Assembly: GCA_002011125.2 (NCBI GenBank)
Contig: MTMF02000009.1
Coordinates: 1,672,989 to 1,736,988, forward strand
Source: Candidatus Hydrothermarchaeum profundi
GTDB lineage: Archaea; Hydrothermarchaeota; Hydrothermarchaeia; Hydrothermarchaeales; Hydrothermarchaeaceae
Length of the DNA stretch: 64,000 bases
Direction of reading: 5' to 3'
Positions 40,830 through 51,835 of the stretch are shown in pieces; the first letter of the stretch is position 1; every line of letters starts with the position of its first letter. The position numbers were made by a program, and so were the translations under genes. The notes under the pieces were generated by a model. That model made no database searches. It saw nothing but the letters and a program-made list of their open reading frames with translations, and was not told the origin of the DNA.

Positions 40830-41792
40830 ATGGCAGTTAAAATCTTTTCCCATGGAGATGCTGATGGCATTTGCGCTGCTTCATTAATTACATCCGTATA
40901 TCCTGACTGTGAGATTTGGATCACCAGTCCAGTAGGACTTCTCAAAGATCTTAAGGAAACCGAGGCAGGGGACGTATTCATTTGCGACGTTGCGATTTCT
41001 GAGAGGGATAAAAAGGAACTTTTTGAAGAGTTTGCTAGGATTAGAGAGAAAGGGAGAATAACATATATCGACCATCATCCTCTACCATTAGGCATTATGA
41101 GAGCTGACGTACCTGCTAGCAGAGTAATTACAAGTTCGTTGAAGTCCACCTCAGAGTTAACATATCAGATGCTACAAGATAACCTGCCTAAAACGATGGA
41201 CAGGGTAGCTCTCTTTGGTGCTATTTCTGATTACTGCGATGAAACCGAGTTTGTTTTAAGATCCCTTGATATATATGATAAGAGGACTATATACTTTGAG
41301 GCAGGCCTATTATCTCAATGTCTTGGAGCGGTTAAAGGAGACTATCCCTTCAAAAAGGAGATAATTAGGCATCTTGCAGAAGGAGAACTCCCCAGCGAGA
41401 TCAATGAAGTAGTTAAAATGGCGATTAAAGCAACTAAAAAGGAGTGGAAACTGTATAACTACGTTGATAAAAAAGTCTCAATCCATAATGGTATAGCGGT
41501 TGTATCAGATGTTCCACAGGGACTCTCTCCAACTAAAGCAGCCAAATTCGCTATGGGTATAACCGGTTCTAGGATCGGGGTAAGTACTAAAAGTAGAAAT
41601 AAGCATGTTGATGTAAGTGTGAGGAAAAGAAGGGATTTCCCACTTGACTTAAATAGGACTCTTAGAAATATTGCATTACGTTTTAACGGTACAGGTGGCG
41701 GCCACCCAAACGCCGCTGGTGCTAGAATCCCCCAAGAGAACCTCAATAATTTTATAGAGTTTCTAGCAAGAGAGGTATCCTCAATAAGCTGA
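40830..41792 (+). CDS. DHH/DHHA1 phosphoesterase
   Basis: HGDADG, DHH, GGGHPNAAG. Confidence 0.9.
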   Translation: MAVKIFSHGDADGICAASLITSVYPDCEIWITSPVGLLKDLKETEAGDVFICDVAISERDKKELFEEFARIREKGRITYIDHHPLPLGIMRADVPASRVITSSLKSTSELTYQMLQDNLPKTMDRVALFGAISDYCDETEFVLRSLDIYDKRTIYFEAGLLSQCLGAVKGDYPFKKEIIRHLAEGELPSEINEVVKMAIKATKKEWKLYNYVDKKVSIHNGIAVVSDVPQGLSPTKAAKFAMGITGSRIGVSTKSRNKHVDVSVRKRRDFPLDLNRTLRNIALRFNGTGGGHPNAAGARIPQENLNNFIEFLAREVSSIS

Positions 41793-41887
41793 AATCGCTA
41801 ATTTTCCTGTTTTAACGAATGAAATGTATGTCGGGAAGAATATTAGATAATATTGTAATTTCTCATGTTACTGGAAGAGAATAAAAT

Positions 41888-44566
41888 ATGCCCATAGAAT
41901 ATGCTAATAAACCATTCTCCGATAAGGAAAGCCTTGAGTGTCTGGAATCATATGTAAGCAAGTGGTTTACTAGAACATATGCCGAGTTTACACCTCCACA
42001 GAGATATTCATTCAAACTTATATCCCAAGGAGAAAATGTACTAATAACTGCTCCCACAGGATCAGGAAAAACTCTCTCAGGGTTCATGTCTATTTTAAGC
42101 GAGTTATTTAAACTCGGTGAGAAAGGAGAACTCGAAGACAAGGTTTATTGTATATACATCTCTCCTCTAAAAGCACTTAATAATGACGTGAAAAAAAATC
42201 TTCTGACACCTCTGGTTGAAATAAGACAGATAGCAGAAGAAGAGGGTATTAAACTACCGGAGATAAGAGTAGGAGTCAGAACCGGGGATGTGCCCCAAAA
42301 TGAAAAACAGAAGCAACTAAAAGAGCCGCCCCATATACTTATCACCACCCCAGAAAGCCTCGCGGTGCTTCTTAATGCCCCCAAATTTTCTGAACACCTT
42401 AAGAGCCTTAAATGGGTGGTAGTTGACGAGATCCACGAGCTGGCTTCAAATAAAAGGGGCGTACATCTCAGCTTAAGCTTGGAGCGTCTTCGAGAATTAG
42501 TTGGAAGAGAATTCTGCAGGATAGGCCTAGGTGCTACTCTCCACCCGCTCAAGGAGGCAGCGAAGTTTCTCGTAGGATACGGAGGGAAAGAAATAAGGAG
42601 CTGTAAGATAGTAGATGTAAGCTGGTATAAGCCTTTAGATTTGAAAGTGCTTTCCCCTGTCGAAGATATTGTTCATGCCTCGGCAGAAGAGCTAAATGAA
42701 GCTCTCTACGAACTATTAGATGAGCTTATCTCTACCCACACTACGACTCTTGTGTTCACTAACACTAGGAGCGGTACAGAGAGGGTTGTGTTCCATCTTA
42801 AAGATAAGTGGGGAGAAAAGTATACGGATGAAACCCTTGGGGCTCATCATGGTTCACTATCGAGAGATACTCGGCTAGAAGTTGAAGATAGATTGAAAAA
42901 AGGGATGCTTAAAGCAGTTGTATGCTCTACTTCTCTCGAATTAGGAATAGATATTGGATACATAGACTTAGTTGTTCAAATAGGCTCACCTAAAAGTATA
43001 ACCAGGGCCGTACAGAGGATAGGAAGGAGTGGACATAAATTCAAAGATACCGCTAGAGGACGAATAATTGTATTGGATAGGGATGACTTAGTGGAATGCG
43101 CTGTAATGCTACAATGTGCTCGCGAGAGGAAGCTGGACGAGATCCAAATACCAGAGAACTGCTTGGATATCTTAGCTCAGCATGTCGTTGGCATGGCACT
43201 AACCCAGAAATGGAAAGTCAAAGATGCACTGCGAGTTATCAGAAGAAGCTACTGCTATCACCATTTGAAGGAGGACTTGTTTATCAGCCTCTTACATTAT
43301 CTTGCGGGCCATTATGCGGAGCTTGAGGATCAGAGGGTATATGGGAAGATTTGGTTTGATGAGAGAGAGGGGGTATTTGGTAGGAGGGGAAAATACACTC
43401 GCTTGATTTATTATTTAAATCTGGGGGCTATCCCTGATGAGGTAAAAATAGATGTCTATAAGCTTCCAAATAGAATTTACATTGGCGGGATAGAGGAAGG
43501 ATTTCTCGAAAGACTAAAACATGGAGATATATTCGTATTGGGCGGTAAGCTGTATAAGTTTAGATACGCTAGGGGGATGCGCTGCTATGTTGAGGATGTT
43601 CCTAAGGGTGCAGTACCGACTATCCCTGCCTGGTTCTCAGAGATGCTTCCACTAAGCTTTGACCTCGCAGAGGAAATAAGAGCTTTTAGATCAGAGATGA
43701 GAGAGAAGATACGAAGGAGCGAAAGCAAGGAAAAGATAGTTTCCTGGCTCGAGAAAAGCTTCCCCATCGACCATGCAGCGGCTAACTCTATCTATGAGTA
43801 CTTTATAGAACAGGAAATTTACACAGGGAAGATACCTGGGCTAAATGAGATCCTTGTTGAAGAAACATATGACCTCGAGAGGAGAAGATTCCTAGTATTC
43901 CACTCTTTATTTGGGAGGAGAACTAACGATGCACTATCTAGGGCAGTAGCTGTGATATTATCAGATCAAATTGGCCATAATGTAGGAGTGATAGTCAGCG
44001 ATAATGGATTCGCTCTTCTTGTGCCTGAGAAAAGGAGAATTTCTTTGGATAAGCTGATTAAGGAGCTTACTCAATGTGACTTAGAAGAACTCTTAAAGAA
44101 TAGCATAAGACGCACAGAGCTAATGAAAAGGAGATTTAGACATTGTTCTGCTAGAAGCTTCCTCGTATTGAGAAATTACAAAGGGTATAAGATAAGCGTA
44201 AGCAAACAGCAACTAAGCTCACAATCCCTACTTAAAGTAGTTGAAGAGATTGACCCAAATTTCCCTGTGATACAAGAGACCTATAGGGAGATACTAGAGG
44301 ATATCCTAGATATTAAAAGGGCAAAAGAGGTTATCAAAAAAATTAAAAACGGCGATATTATGGTGGAAAGCATATCTACCGAGTTTCCTTCCCCCTTCGC
44401 TCATAATCTGATTGTTCTAGGAGAAGCTGACATTGTTCTGATGGAGGATAGGAGAAAAAGGCTTATACAACTGCATGAAGCGATAATGAAAAAGATAAAA
44501 AAGAAATACGCTGAGCCAGCTGCCCCGCCTTATCTGACAGCACCGCCCACTAAAAGAGAAGACTAA
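41888..44566 (+). CDS. lhr: Lhr-family ATP-dependent helicase
   Basis: APTGSGKT, DEIH, HHGSLSR, SLELGIDIG, QRIGRSGH, SPFA. Confidence 0.93.
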   Translation: MPIEYANKPFSDKESLECLESYVSKWFTRTYAEFTPPQRYSFKLISQGENVLITAPTGSGKTLSGFMSILSELFKLGEKGELEDKVYCIYISPLKALNNDVKKNLLTPLVEIRQIAEEEGIKLPEIRVGVRTGDVPQNEKQKQLKEPPHILITTPESLAVLLNAPKFSEHLKSLKWVVVDEIHELASNKRGVHLSLSLERLRELVGREFCRIGLGATLHPLKEAAKFLVGYGGKEIRSCKIVDVSWYKPLDLKVLSPVEDIVHASAEELNEALYELLDELISTHTTTLVFTNTRSGTERVVFHLKDKWGEKYTDETLGAHHGSLSRDTRLEVEDRLKKGMLKAVVCSTSLELGIDIGYIDLVVQIGSPKSITRAVQRIGRSGHKFKDTARGRIIVLDRDDLVECAVMLQCARERKLDEIQIPENCLDILAQHVVGMALTQKWKVKDALRVIRRSYCYHHLKEDLFISLLHYLAGHYAELEDQRVYGKIWFDEREGVFGRRGKYTRLIYYLNLGAIPDEVKIDVYKLPNRIYIGGIEEGFLERLKHGDIFVLGGKLYKFRYARGMRCYVEDVPKGAVPTIPAWFSEMLPLSFDLAEEIRAFRSEMREKIRRSESKEKIVSWLEKSFPIDHAAANSIYEYFIEQEIYTGKIPGLNEILVEETYDLERRRFLVFHSLFGRRTNDALSRAVAVILSDQIGHNVGVIVSDNGFALLVPEKRRISLDKLIKELTQCDLEELLKNSIRRTELMKRRFRHCSARSFLVLRNYKGYKISVSKQQLSSQSLLKVVEEIDPNFPVIQETYREILEDILDIKRAKEVIKKIKNGDIMVESISTEFPSPFAHNLIVLGEADIVLMEDRRKRLIQLHEAIMKKIKKKYAEPAAPPYLTAPPTKRED

Positions 44567-44947
44567 ACGAAAAAAAAGCAGAAGGAAATATATTACTTTT
44601 ATTTCTGGACTTTCTCAAGAGGTTTTTAGAGACGGAAAAGATCTAGTTCAGAAATTATAGAGTTGAATATTATATTTTAAACGCTGAAGAGGATATACCG
44701 CGGAGAATAGAAATTTGAAAGTTTAGTACTCCCTTTTCATTGTAATGTTCTGCATAAATCCAGCACAAGGTAGTATTTAAAGTAATCCTTGAAAAAAATC
44801 AATGAGCAGAATACTGCAGTAGATATAGAAAAAATAAAAAAACTTCTCCGGGATATCTGAAGTAGAACTTATAATTCCCCAATGTAATCACTTCAAATGG
44901 ACGTATATAAATATATGAGACTGATATAAAGAAGATGAGTAGATAAG

Positions 44948-46012
44948 ATGAAGATTGATATAGACAGAAAGCACATCACTGAAAATTTTTTCGTAGTATT
45001 ATTATTTATCGGCCTGATAGCCTTTCTCTACCTGTTAAAACCACTTTACCCCGCACTGCTTCTGGCATTAATATTAGTCTACATATTTAATCCCGTAGTA
45101 GACAAAGTCGAGGCTTACAGTAAGCGGAGATGGATAGGTGTTCTATTTATTATCATATTTGTTATCCCGCCGTTGAGCATCTTTCTAGGAATGCTTGTTT
45201 TGACTTTTATATCAGAGATCAGATTACTTTTGCGAGATCCCCAAGTGCAAGAATTTCTCCAGTACCTGGGGGTAAATATAGAGAGCTATGTATCATCGCT
45301 AGCTGGTGAAAAATTTTCTTTTTCACCATCAGACCTTTCTTCCCTTAGTGTTGCAGAAGTTTATGATAGCCTTCAAGCTTACCAGCAATGGTTTACAAAG
45401 GGCTTTGAGGCTGTATCTGGGTTCTTTAGAACATTAAGCTCTATTTTATTTCAGACAATACTCGGGGGTTTCTTCGCGCTTTATGCGCTATTAAAAATGA
45501 ACAAAATAAGAAAGACAATAAGAGCAATTGAACATGAAAAGATTCAAATGTTCCTCGTTTTCGTTGATAAAGGCTTGAAACAAGTCGTGTATAGCATGTT
45601 CCTTACCTCTGTATTTGGTGGAGTTATCTCGGCAATTATTTATTGGTATTTTGGTCTTCCCTTTATTCTTTTGCTTTCAATCCTTACCGGCTTACTAATA
45701 CTCATCCCCTTAGTAGGAGGCTGGCTGGTTTATCTTCCATTAACAGGCTATATCTTATGGAAACAAGGGCTGGTTGATGCAGCTCTTTTCTTCGTAGTAT
45801 GTGCCATATTTATAAGCACTATGCCTGACCTTTTGATTAGACCAATGCTGGCTAAGAGTAAAGAGGTCGACTTTGTTTTACTATCCTTGGGCTTTATTTC
45901 AGGTGTAATCGCCTTTGGAGCGATAGGTATTATATTAGGACCTTTACTCATAATTTGTGCTGTAGGAGTTTTTAAAATACTATCTAGCGATAATGAAGAA
46001 TCTAAGAATTAA
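44948..46012 (+). CDS. AI-2E family transporter
   Basis: Family TM pattern, IPLVG, DLLIRP, FGAIGIILGP. Confidence 0.85.
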   Translation: MKIDIDRKHITENFFVVLLFIGLIAFLYLLKPLYPALLLALILVYIFNPVVDKVEAYSKRRWIGVLFIIIFVIPPLSIFLGMLVLTFISEIRLLLRDPQVQEFLQYLGVNIESYVSSLAGEKFSFSPSDLSSLSVAEVYDSLQAYQQWFTKGFEAVSGFFRTLSSILFQTILGGFFALYALLKMNKIRKTIRAIEHEKIQMFLVFVDKGLKQVVYSMFLTSVFGGVISAIIYWYFGLPFILLLSILTGLLILIPLVGGWLVYLPLTGYILWKQGLVDAALFFVVCAIFISTMPDLLIRPMLAKSKEVDFVLLSLGFISGVIAFGAIGIILGPLLIICAVGVFKILSSDNEESKN

Positions 46013-46125
46013 CCCTTAATATATGTTTACTAGATTCCCATAATTTCTTTTAAAGTGTAGTAGAGGATCTAAACTCTCGACTCGACTCAGGTCTTTTTTA
46101 TTAATCTCAACTTAAACTGAGTTAA

Positions 46126-47250
46126 TCATTTTTCCGATAATTCTCCGAGCCTGTCAATGTAATGCAGTATTACCTCGGCAGCTCTTCCTGCACCGTTAAG
46201 CTCTTTAAAGGGCAATGGTTTGCTCAAAATGCACTCCCTCGCCTTCATGGAGAGTAATTCAGGTGTCAGATCTCTTCTGGGGAGGAATTCTATATTCTCA
46301 AATATAGAGAAGCGGCGGATATTTTCAAGCTGCTCGAAATGCTCCTCAATTGGTATAGCTATGCACCTAACTCCTAGGGACGCAATCTCTGATAAACTAG
46401 CGGTACCAGCTTGAGTTATAACGCAGTCAGAGGAGTACATAAGGGAGGGTAAGTCTTTAACGAAGCCAAGTAGCTTAACGCCATCAGGCACCTTCTTGTT
46501 TATAGATCCCCTAGGACCTAGTACTATGATGGTGTTTAAGTCTTTAAACTCCTTCCTCAGGGTTTTATGAGCTTCAATGGCTACCCTAAGTATGTCAGAG
46601 CCTATAGACGTCCCCCCCGTAGTGACCACTATCGTCCTTCCGCTCAGCCCAAGTTTCTCTCTAATCTTACTCCTATCAGAGATATCCCTCCTAGAAAGCC
46701 CGGGCAATCCCACATGGTGAGCATGAGGCCCTATTAAGCCTGGATCGTATTCACCCTCATCGCCATAAAATATGAATAAGTCAACAGACCTGTAGAGCCT
46801 GATAAGGACTTTATTCAGCACGTAAGCAATTAATCCCCCAGCGGTATATCTGATGAAGTCTGTTAGAAATACAACCCTACAATTCGGCCTCCAGTAGGCT
46901 ATCTCCCAAGCCTCATCACCTATAACCAGGTCTGGAATTACCTGCGCATAAGCTTCTTTCGCAATCATAGCGTTGTGCCTAATAGACCCAATAAGTTTCA
47001 CCCCATTCCTTATCCCTATATTTATCCTCCCAGCTTCTCTCTCCATTTTCTCAACTCCCGGGGACAGGGACGAGAGTTCTCTAGAAAGGTTGTGAACCTC
47101 CTGGCCGTGTTCCCTCAGGAAGCGTAGCACAGGTTCTCCAGCCAGCCATGTTACCTCAACCCTTCTTTGCTCCTTCAACTTTTCTACTACTTTCAGACTT
47201 CTCCTAGCATGACCTAAGCCTATTGATGAAACAAGGAAGAGGATTTTCAT
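46126..47250 (-). CDS. Glycosyltransferase, GT-B/GT28-like
   Basis: GLGHARR, VTTGGT, ITQAGTASLSE, HFEQLEN. Confidence 0.85.
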   Translation of the reverse strand: MKILFLVSSIGLGHARRSLKVVEKLKEQRRVEVTWLAGEPVLRFLREHGQEVHNLSRELSSLSPGVEKMEREAGRINIGIRNGVKLIGSIRHNAMIAKEAYAQVIPDLVIGDEAWEIAYWRPNCRVVFLTDFIRYTAGGLIAYVLNKVLIRLYRSVDLFIFYGDEGEYDPGLIGPHAHHVGLPGLSRRDISDRSKIREKLGLSGRTIVVTTGGTSIGSDILRVAIEAHKTLRKEFKDLNTIIVLGPRGSINKKVPDGVKLLGFVKDLPSLMYSSDCVITQAGTASLSEIASLGVRCIAIPIEEHFEQLENIRRFSIFENIEFLPRRDLTPELLSMKARECILSKPLPFKELNGAGRAAEVILHYIDRLGELSEK

Positions 47251-47516
47251 CTTAAATACCTACTTATAGGCTTTTCACTAGCATAACCCGTAAGGTGTAC
47301 GTTATCCAATCCTCTTCGAGACTTGGGGAGACATTTCAAGAGAGTTTCACCTCCCTTAGCAACTGTAAGGCCAGCAGAACTTACCCAGCTATATAACATT
47401 ATCTCCCTCAACTATACGCCTCCTTTTTTATCCACAGCTTCTTGTAGCCTTAGTTGACATCGATTACTCTCTATCCTTGCAATAATTAATAGTGCTAGTA
47501 TAGTCTTATAAGAGTT

Positions 47517-47768
47517 CTATCCTTCGAGTAGGTTGTAAAGGAATGCAAAAGTAGCCCCTCCATAGACACCGTAGACAAAGGTCTCCACCAAGCCGAGGAT
47601 AAAGCTTCCCATACTGAGCCAAGTAAAACCGGGTAAAATTGGTGCCCAAACACCGAACATGGCATACTCTGGAAGAGCTATATCCCACAGAACGCAGAGG
47701 ACATATGTTATACTGAAAAGAACTCCGAGAGCCAATCCCGCTGCCCTAATGTTGATTTTTCCTTGCAT
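47517..47768 (-). CDS. Small membrane protein (DUF5676-like)
   Basis: YVLCVLW...LPGFTWLS..FILGLVETFVYG..FAFLYN. Confidence 0.7.
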   Translation of the reverse strand: MQGKINIRAAGLALGVLFSITYVLCVLWDIALPEYAMFGVWAPILPGFTWLSMGSFILGLVETFVYGVYGGATFAFLYNLLEG

Positions 47769-47924
47769 TAGTTTTATTTACAAAGATAAGTATTTATTTC
47801 TTTTTCTTACAAAAAACGCAAAATTATAATGTTTTCCGCATATATTGAGAAATTTTCAATTAGAATTTTTATCAAAATGGAAGAAACTTAAAGATTAGAA
47901 GGCTACGGTTAGGAATTTGATAGG

Positions 47925-49208
47925 CTATAGTGAAGTTTTACTTTCCCTTCGTAATTCGTCAAGTATTTCTTTAGCTCTATCCATCCTTACCCTTTTCTCT
48001 TTCACTAGTCTTTCAACGACCTTATCTATGAGCTCTCCCTCAGCTCCCGCCATAACCGCGATATTTCTTGCATGAAGCTCCATATGCCCTCGCTGGATGC
48101 CCTCCGTAGCAAGAGCTCTTAAAGCAGCGAGATTTTGAGCTAGCCCCACTGCCGCCATAACTTCTCCTAATTCCCTCGCAGTTTTTATCCCCAAGATCTT
48201 TACATTTGCTTTAGCCACCGGATGAACTGCTGTAGCTCCTCCAACTAGACCTACTGCAACCGGCACTTCTATCCTACCTACAAGATCTCCTTCCTCATTC
48301 TTCCAATAGCTTGTTAAAGGCTTATATCTACCATGATAAGCAGCATAAGCGTGAGCTCCTGCCTCTATCGCTCTGGTATCATTTCCAGTAGCTAGGGTTA
48401 CCGCTGTTATTCCATTCATTATCCCTTTATTATGCGTAGCGCACCTAAATGGATCTGCCTCGGCAAAAGCGTATGCCTTCAATATCCCGTCTACAACCTC
48501 CTCTCCCCCAAGAGCTTCCTTAGAGAAAATGGCCTCAGCCCGTGCTAGTCGGTAGACAGCGAGATTAGAAATTATCCTAAGAAAAACCTTCCCTCCAGTT
48601 ATATCCTCCAACAACGGAGCTACAGCTTCCGCCATAGTATTTACTGCATTGGCTCCCATGGCGTCCCTGCAGTCTACTAATAAGTGAACGATAAGCATAG
48701 AGCCTTCCTTAGTATCCAAAATCCTTACTTCCAAGTCCTTAGCGCCTCCGCCCAACTTTACAAGGAGGGGATCCTGACTATTCGCAAGTTCTAAAATCTC
48801 ATTCTTTTTTAAGAGGATTAACCCTCTAGCTTTATCTGGGTCATATACATCAGTTAACTGTATTTGACCTATCATTATCGGCTCTGTGCTCTCTGTTTTA
48901 AATCCCCCTTTTATCCTGGCCATCTTAGCAGCATTGCTCGCTGCTGCAACTACAGAAGGCTCCTCTATCGCCATAGGTATGAGATAGTCTTTCCCATTAA
49001 TCAGAAAATTTACTGCTATCCCCAATGGTACTTCCATAGTTCCAATGACATTCTCGATCATCCTATCAACCTGGTCTACCCTCATACAGCCGGTATTCCT
49101 TATAGCGCTTACTTCCTCCTCCGATAACCCAGCAAATTCCTTTACAATTTTAAGCCTGTCATCAACACTTAGCTTATAAAAACCGGAAATTTTTGAAGTC
49201 TTACTCAT
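47925..49208 (-). CDS. mvaA: Hydroxymethylglutaryl-CoA reductase, class II
   Basis: [44 protein letters not shown]. Confidence 0.93.
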   Translation of the reverse strand: MSKTSKISGFYKLSVDDRLKIVKEFAGLSEEEVSAIRNTGCMRVDQVDRMIENVIGTMEVPLGIAVNFLINGKDYLIPMAIEEPSVVAAASNAAKMARIKGGFKTESTEPIMIGQIQLTDVYDPDKARGLILLKKNEILELANSQDPLLVKLGGGAKDLEVRILDTKEGSMLIVHLLVDCRDAMGANAVNTMAEAVAPLLEDITGGKVFLRIISNLAVYRLARAEAIFSKEALGGEEVVDGILKAYAFAEADPFRCATHNKGIMNGITAVTLATGNDTRAIEAGAHAYAAYHGRYKPLTSYWKNEEGDLVGRIEVPVAVGLVGGATAVHPVAKANVKILGIKTARELGEVMAAVGLAQNLAALRALATEGIQRGHMELHARNIAVMAGAEGELIDKVVERLVKEKRVRMDRAKEILDELRRESKTSL

Positions 49209-49268
49209 TTGCCTATCCCCATTGATATTCTCTAACCCGATATTCCGCTCATATTAACATCTATATTC

Positions 49269-50570
49269 TCACTCTAAAAGCCTTCTGGGTACTCTCTGCT
49301 TTACTAAGAGGTCCTCTACACTTTCTCTTTCGCGAATAAGCTCATATTTTCCATCTCTGACAAGAACCTCAGCTGGCCTAGGCCTTGAATTGTACTGAGA
49401 TGCCATTATTATGCAGTAGGCCCCTACATCAAGGAAAGCTACAACATCTCCTGCCTCCACGTTAGGTAGCCGTCGGTCTCTGCCGAGTATGTCCCCCGAC
49501 TCGCAAACATTGCCAGCAATATCTACCCTCTCAACAGGCTCTTGATTCATTTTGTTTGCTATAACAGCCTCATGATAAGCGCCATATAGAACGGGCCTCA
49601 ATAAAATATGAAACCCTGCGTCTACACCTATGAACTTCTTGTAAGGAGTTTGCTTGACTGTGCTTACTCTACACAATAAAATCGAGGAGTCACCCACAAT
49701 ATACCTTCCGGGCTCCAAATATAAGGTTGGTTCCTCTATACTATGCTCTTTTATTTTTCTTTTTATGATGGGTATAAGAGCATTGGCGAGATCAGTTGGA
49801 GTTATATATGGGCTATCACGCTCGTATCTTATACCTAACCCCCCGCCTAAGTCTACGAACTCTAGATCTATTTCTAGCACTCTCTTTAACTTGCCTACTA
49901 TGTCGAAGAGCTTTGAGGTAGCTTCTTCATAGGGTTGAGTACTTGTTATCTGAGAGCCTATATGCATATGAATTCCTAAGATTCTTAAGTAATCCGAATC
50001 CTTGGCTCTGCGGTAGACTTTTATCACGTCTTCTTCATGAATTCCGAATTTGCTTTTTCTTAGACCTGTTGCGAGATGAGGATGCGTCATAGGGGATACT
50101 GAGGGATTTACCCTGAAAGAGATCTTTGCTTCCTTACCCTTCTCCTCACATATACCAATTAGTCTCTCCAGTTCGTGGACCGCATCTATGTTTATGATTA
50201 CGTCCTCTTCTAAGGCAAGTTCAAGCTCCCTATCAGTCTTATTATTTCCAGTGAAAATTATATTCTCTGCTTCTAGTCCAATCTTCTTCCTAGCTATATA
50301 CAGTTCTCCCTCTGAGAGGATGTCCGCACCTGCGCCTTCCTGTCTAAGAATATGTAACACTGCCAAGGAGGTATTTGCCTTATATGCATATTTTATCTCG
50401 ACTTTTGGATATAAAGAAGAAAAAGCTGAGTAAAACTCCCTATACCTCTCTCTTATACGGTTTTCATCTACGACATATAAAGGCGTATCTAATTCGTCTG
50501 CAAGCTTAACGGCATCTACCCCGCCAATAGTAAGATGACCCATATCATTAACCTTTATGTGGGGTCTCAT
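49269..50570 (-). CDS. lysA: Diaminopimelate decarboxylase
   Basis: YAYKAN, SKFG, HMHIGSQ, EPGRYIV, CESGD, YNSRPRP. Confidence 0.95.
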   Translation of the reverse strand: MRPHIKVNDMGHLTIGGVDAVKLADELDTPLYVVDENRIRERYREFYSAFSSLYPKVEIKYAYKANTSLAVLHILRQEGAGADILSEGELYIARKKIGLEAENIIFTGNNKTDRELELALEEDVIINIDAVHELERLIGICEEKGKEAKISFRVNPSVSPMTHPHLATGLRKSKFGIHEEDVIKVYRRAKDSDYLRILGIHMHIGSQITSTQPYEEATSKLFDIVGKLKRVLEIDLEFVDLGGGLGIRYERDSPYITPTDLANALIPIIKRKIKEHSIEEPTLYLEPGRYIVGDSSILLCRVSTVKQTPYKKFIGVDAGFHILLRPVLYGAYHEAVIANKMNQEPVERVDIAGNVCESGDILGRDRRLPNVEAGDVVAFLDVGAYCIIMASQYNSRPRPAEVLVRDGKYELIRERESVEDLLVKQRVPRRLLE

Positions 50571-50573
50571 AAT

Positions 50574-51734
50574 TTATGCACCCTTTAGCACTTTATCCAT
50601 CCTTTCAATAGCCTCGTTTATTCTCTCAACAGGCTGGGTTAATGCAAATCTTACATAACCCTCACCATACTCTCCAAAACCTATCCCCGGAGTGCAAACT
50701 ACGCCGCATTCGTCTAATAACATCTTAGTGAACTCTATCGAATCCCCCTCAGGCACTTCGAGCCATACATAAAAAGTTGCTTTGGGCGTTTCACAGTCAA
50801 AGCCCATACTACGGAGGCCCTCTACAAGGATGTTTCTACGCTCTTGGTATATTCTAATGTTTTCTTTAACACATTCTTGTGAGGACATAAGCGCAGCGAT
50901 TCCTGCTTCCTGTATTATCTGCGAAGTGCCAGAATCTACATTTGTTTTAACCTTTCTTAGACCATCTATAATCTCACTGTTCCCTACCACGTATCCTATC
51001 CTCCAGCCCGTCATATTATAAGTCTTTGATAGAGAATTAAACACCACACCAACATCCTTCGCTCCCTCTATCTCTAGGAAAGAGGGAGGCTTGTATCCAT
51101 CAAACGCTATAGAGGAGTAGGCTTCATCTGAACATACTATTATTTCATTTTCAGTAGCAAAATCAACAACCGCCTTATAAAACTCTCTATCAGCAACCGC
51201 TGCTGTAGGATTATTAGGATAGTTTATCCACATCAGCTTAGCATTCCTCGCCTTCTCGCTAGGTATCGAATCTAAATCAGGCAGAAATCTGTTTTCCTTA
51301 ATGAGAGGCATAGGATAAGCTTTCCCACCAGCGAATAGGGGTCCAGTGCGATAGACAGGATACCCCGGGTTAGTGTATAGCACTATATCTCCTGGATCGA
51401 TAAATGCGAAGTGAATATTATGTATGCTTTCCTTCGAGCCTAGAGATACTATTATCTCTGTTTCCGGGTCCAACTCAATCCCGTAGTCTAGCTCGTATCG
51501 TTTAGCTACAGCTTTTCTAAAAGAGAGGAGCCCAGTATAACTAGGATACCTGTGGTTTTCAGGTTTTTTCGCTGCCTCGCAACAAGCTTCAATAATATGT
51601 CTCGGGGTAGGCAAATCAGGGTCCCCTACACCAAATGTAATTATATCTACCCCTTCTTTCTTTTTCTCTTCAATCCTCCTATCTATCTCGTCGAAAAGGT
51701 ACGGAGGCAAATTTCTGATCCTATCTGCCAGCAT
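50574..51734 (-). CDS. dapL: LL-diaminopimelate aminotransferase (class I PLP aminotransferase)
   Basis: LPPYLF, GVGDPDLPTP, NYPNNPT, SLSKTYNMTGWRIG, KTNVDSG; directly upstream of lysA. Confidence 0.85.
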   Translation of the reverse strand: MLADRIRNLPPYLFDEIDRRIEEKKKEGVDIITFGVGDPDLPTPRHIIEACCEAAKKPENHRYPSYTGLLSFRKAVAKRYELDYGIELDPETEIIVSLGSKESIHNIHFAFIDPGDIVLYTNPGYPVYRTGPLFAGGKAYPMPLIKENRFLPDLDSIPSEKARNAKLMWINYPNNPTAAVADREFYKAVVDFATENEIIVCSDEAYSSIAFDGYKPPSFLEIEGAKDVGVVFNSLSKTYNMTGWRIGYVVGNSEIIDGLRKVKTNVDSGTSQIIQEAGIAALMSSQECVKENIRIYQERRNILVEGLRSMGFDCETPKATFYVWLEVPEGDSIEFTKMLLDECGVVCTPGIGFGEYGEGYVRFALTQPVERINEAIERMDKVLKGA

Positions 51735-51835
51735 CAATAAGCAAACCACCGAATCATTTTTATAAGGTTAGGATTACTTTGGTGATATTTAAACGTTGTC
51801 AAAAGTTGGAGTGGGTCTCCAAAGTTGTGAAGGAT

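Noticed and set aside
44505-44560. GC-rich patch at the lhr 3' end (possible tRNA fragment or sRNA)
   Set aside because: No cloverleaf, T-loop or complete C/D box set could be built
44570-44860. Protein-like fragments with in-frame stops between lhr and the AI-2E gene
   Set aside because: Possibly a pseudogene remnant, but no recognisable family, start or SD
44948-46012. AI-2E transporter as evidence of quorum sensing
   Set aside because: The family name does not imply the substrate, and it is far from the KaiC locus
47247-47490. Short minus-strand frame ending at the glycosyltransferase start
   Set aside because: Interrupted by a stop and has no recognisable motif, so it cannot be supported
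47925-51734. Class II HMG-CoA reductase and dapL-lysA as novelties
   Set aside because: Both are already known in several archaeal lineages
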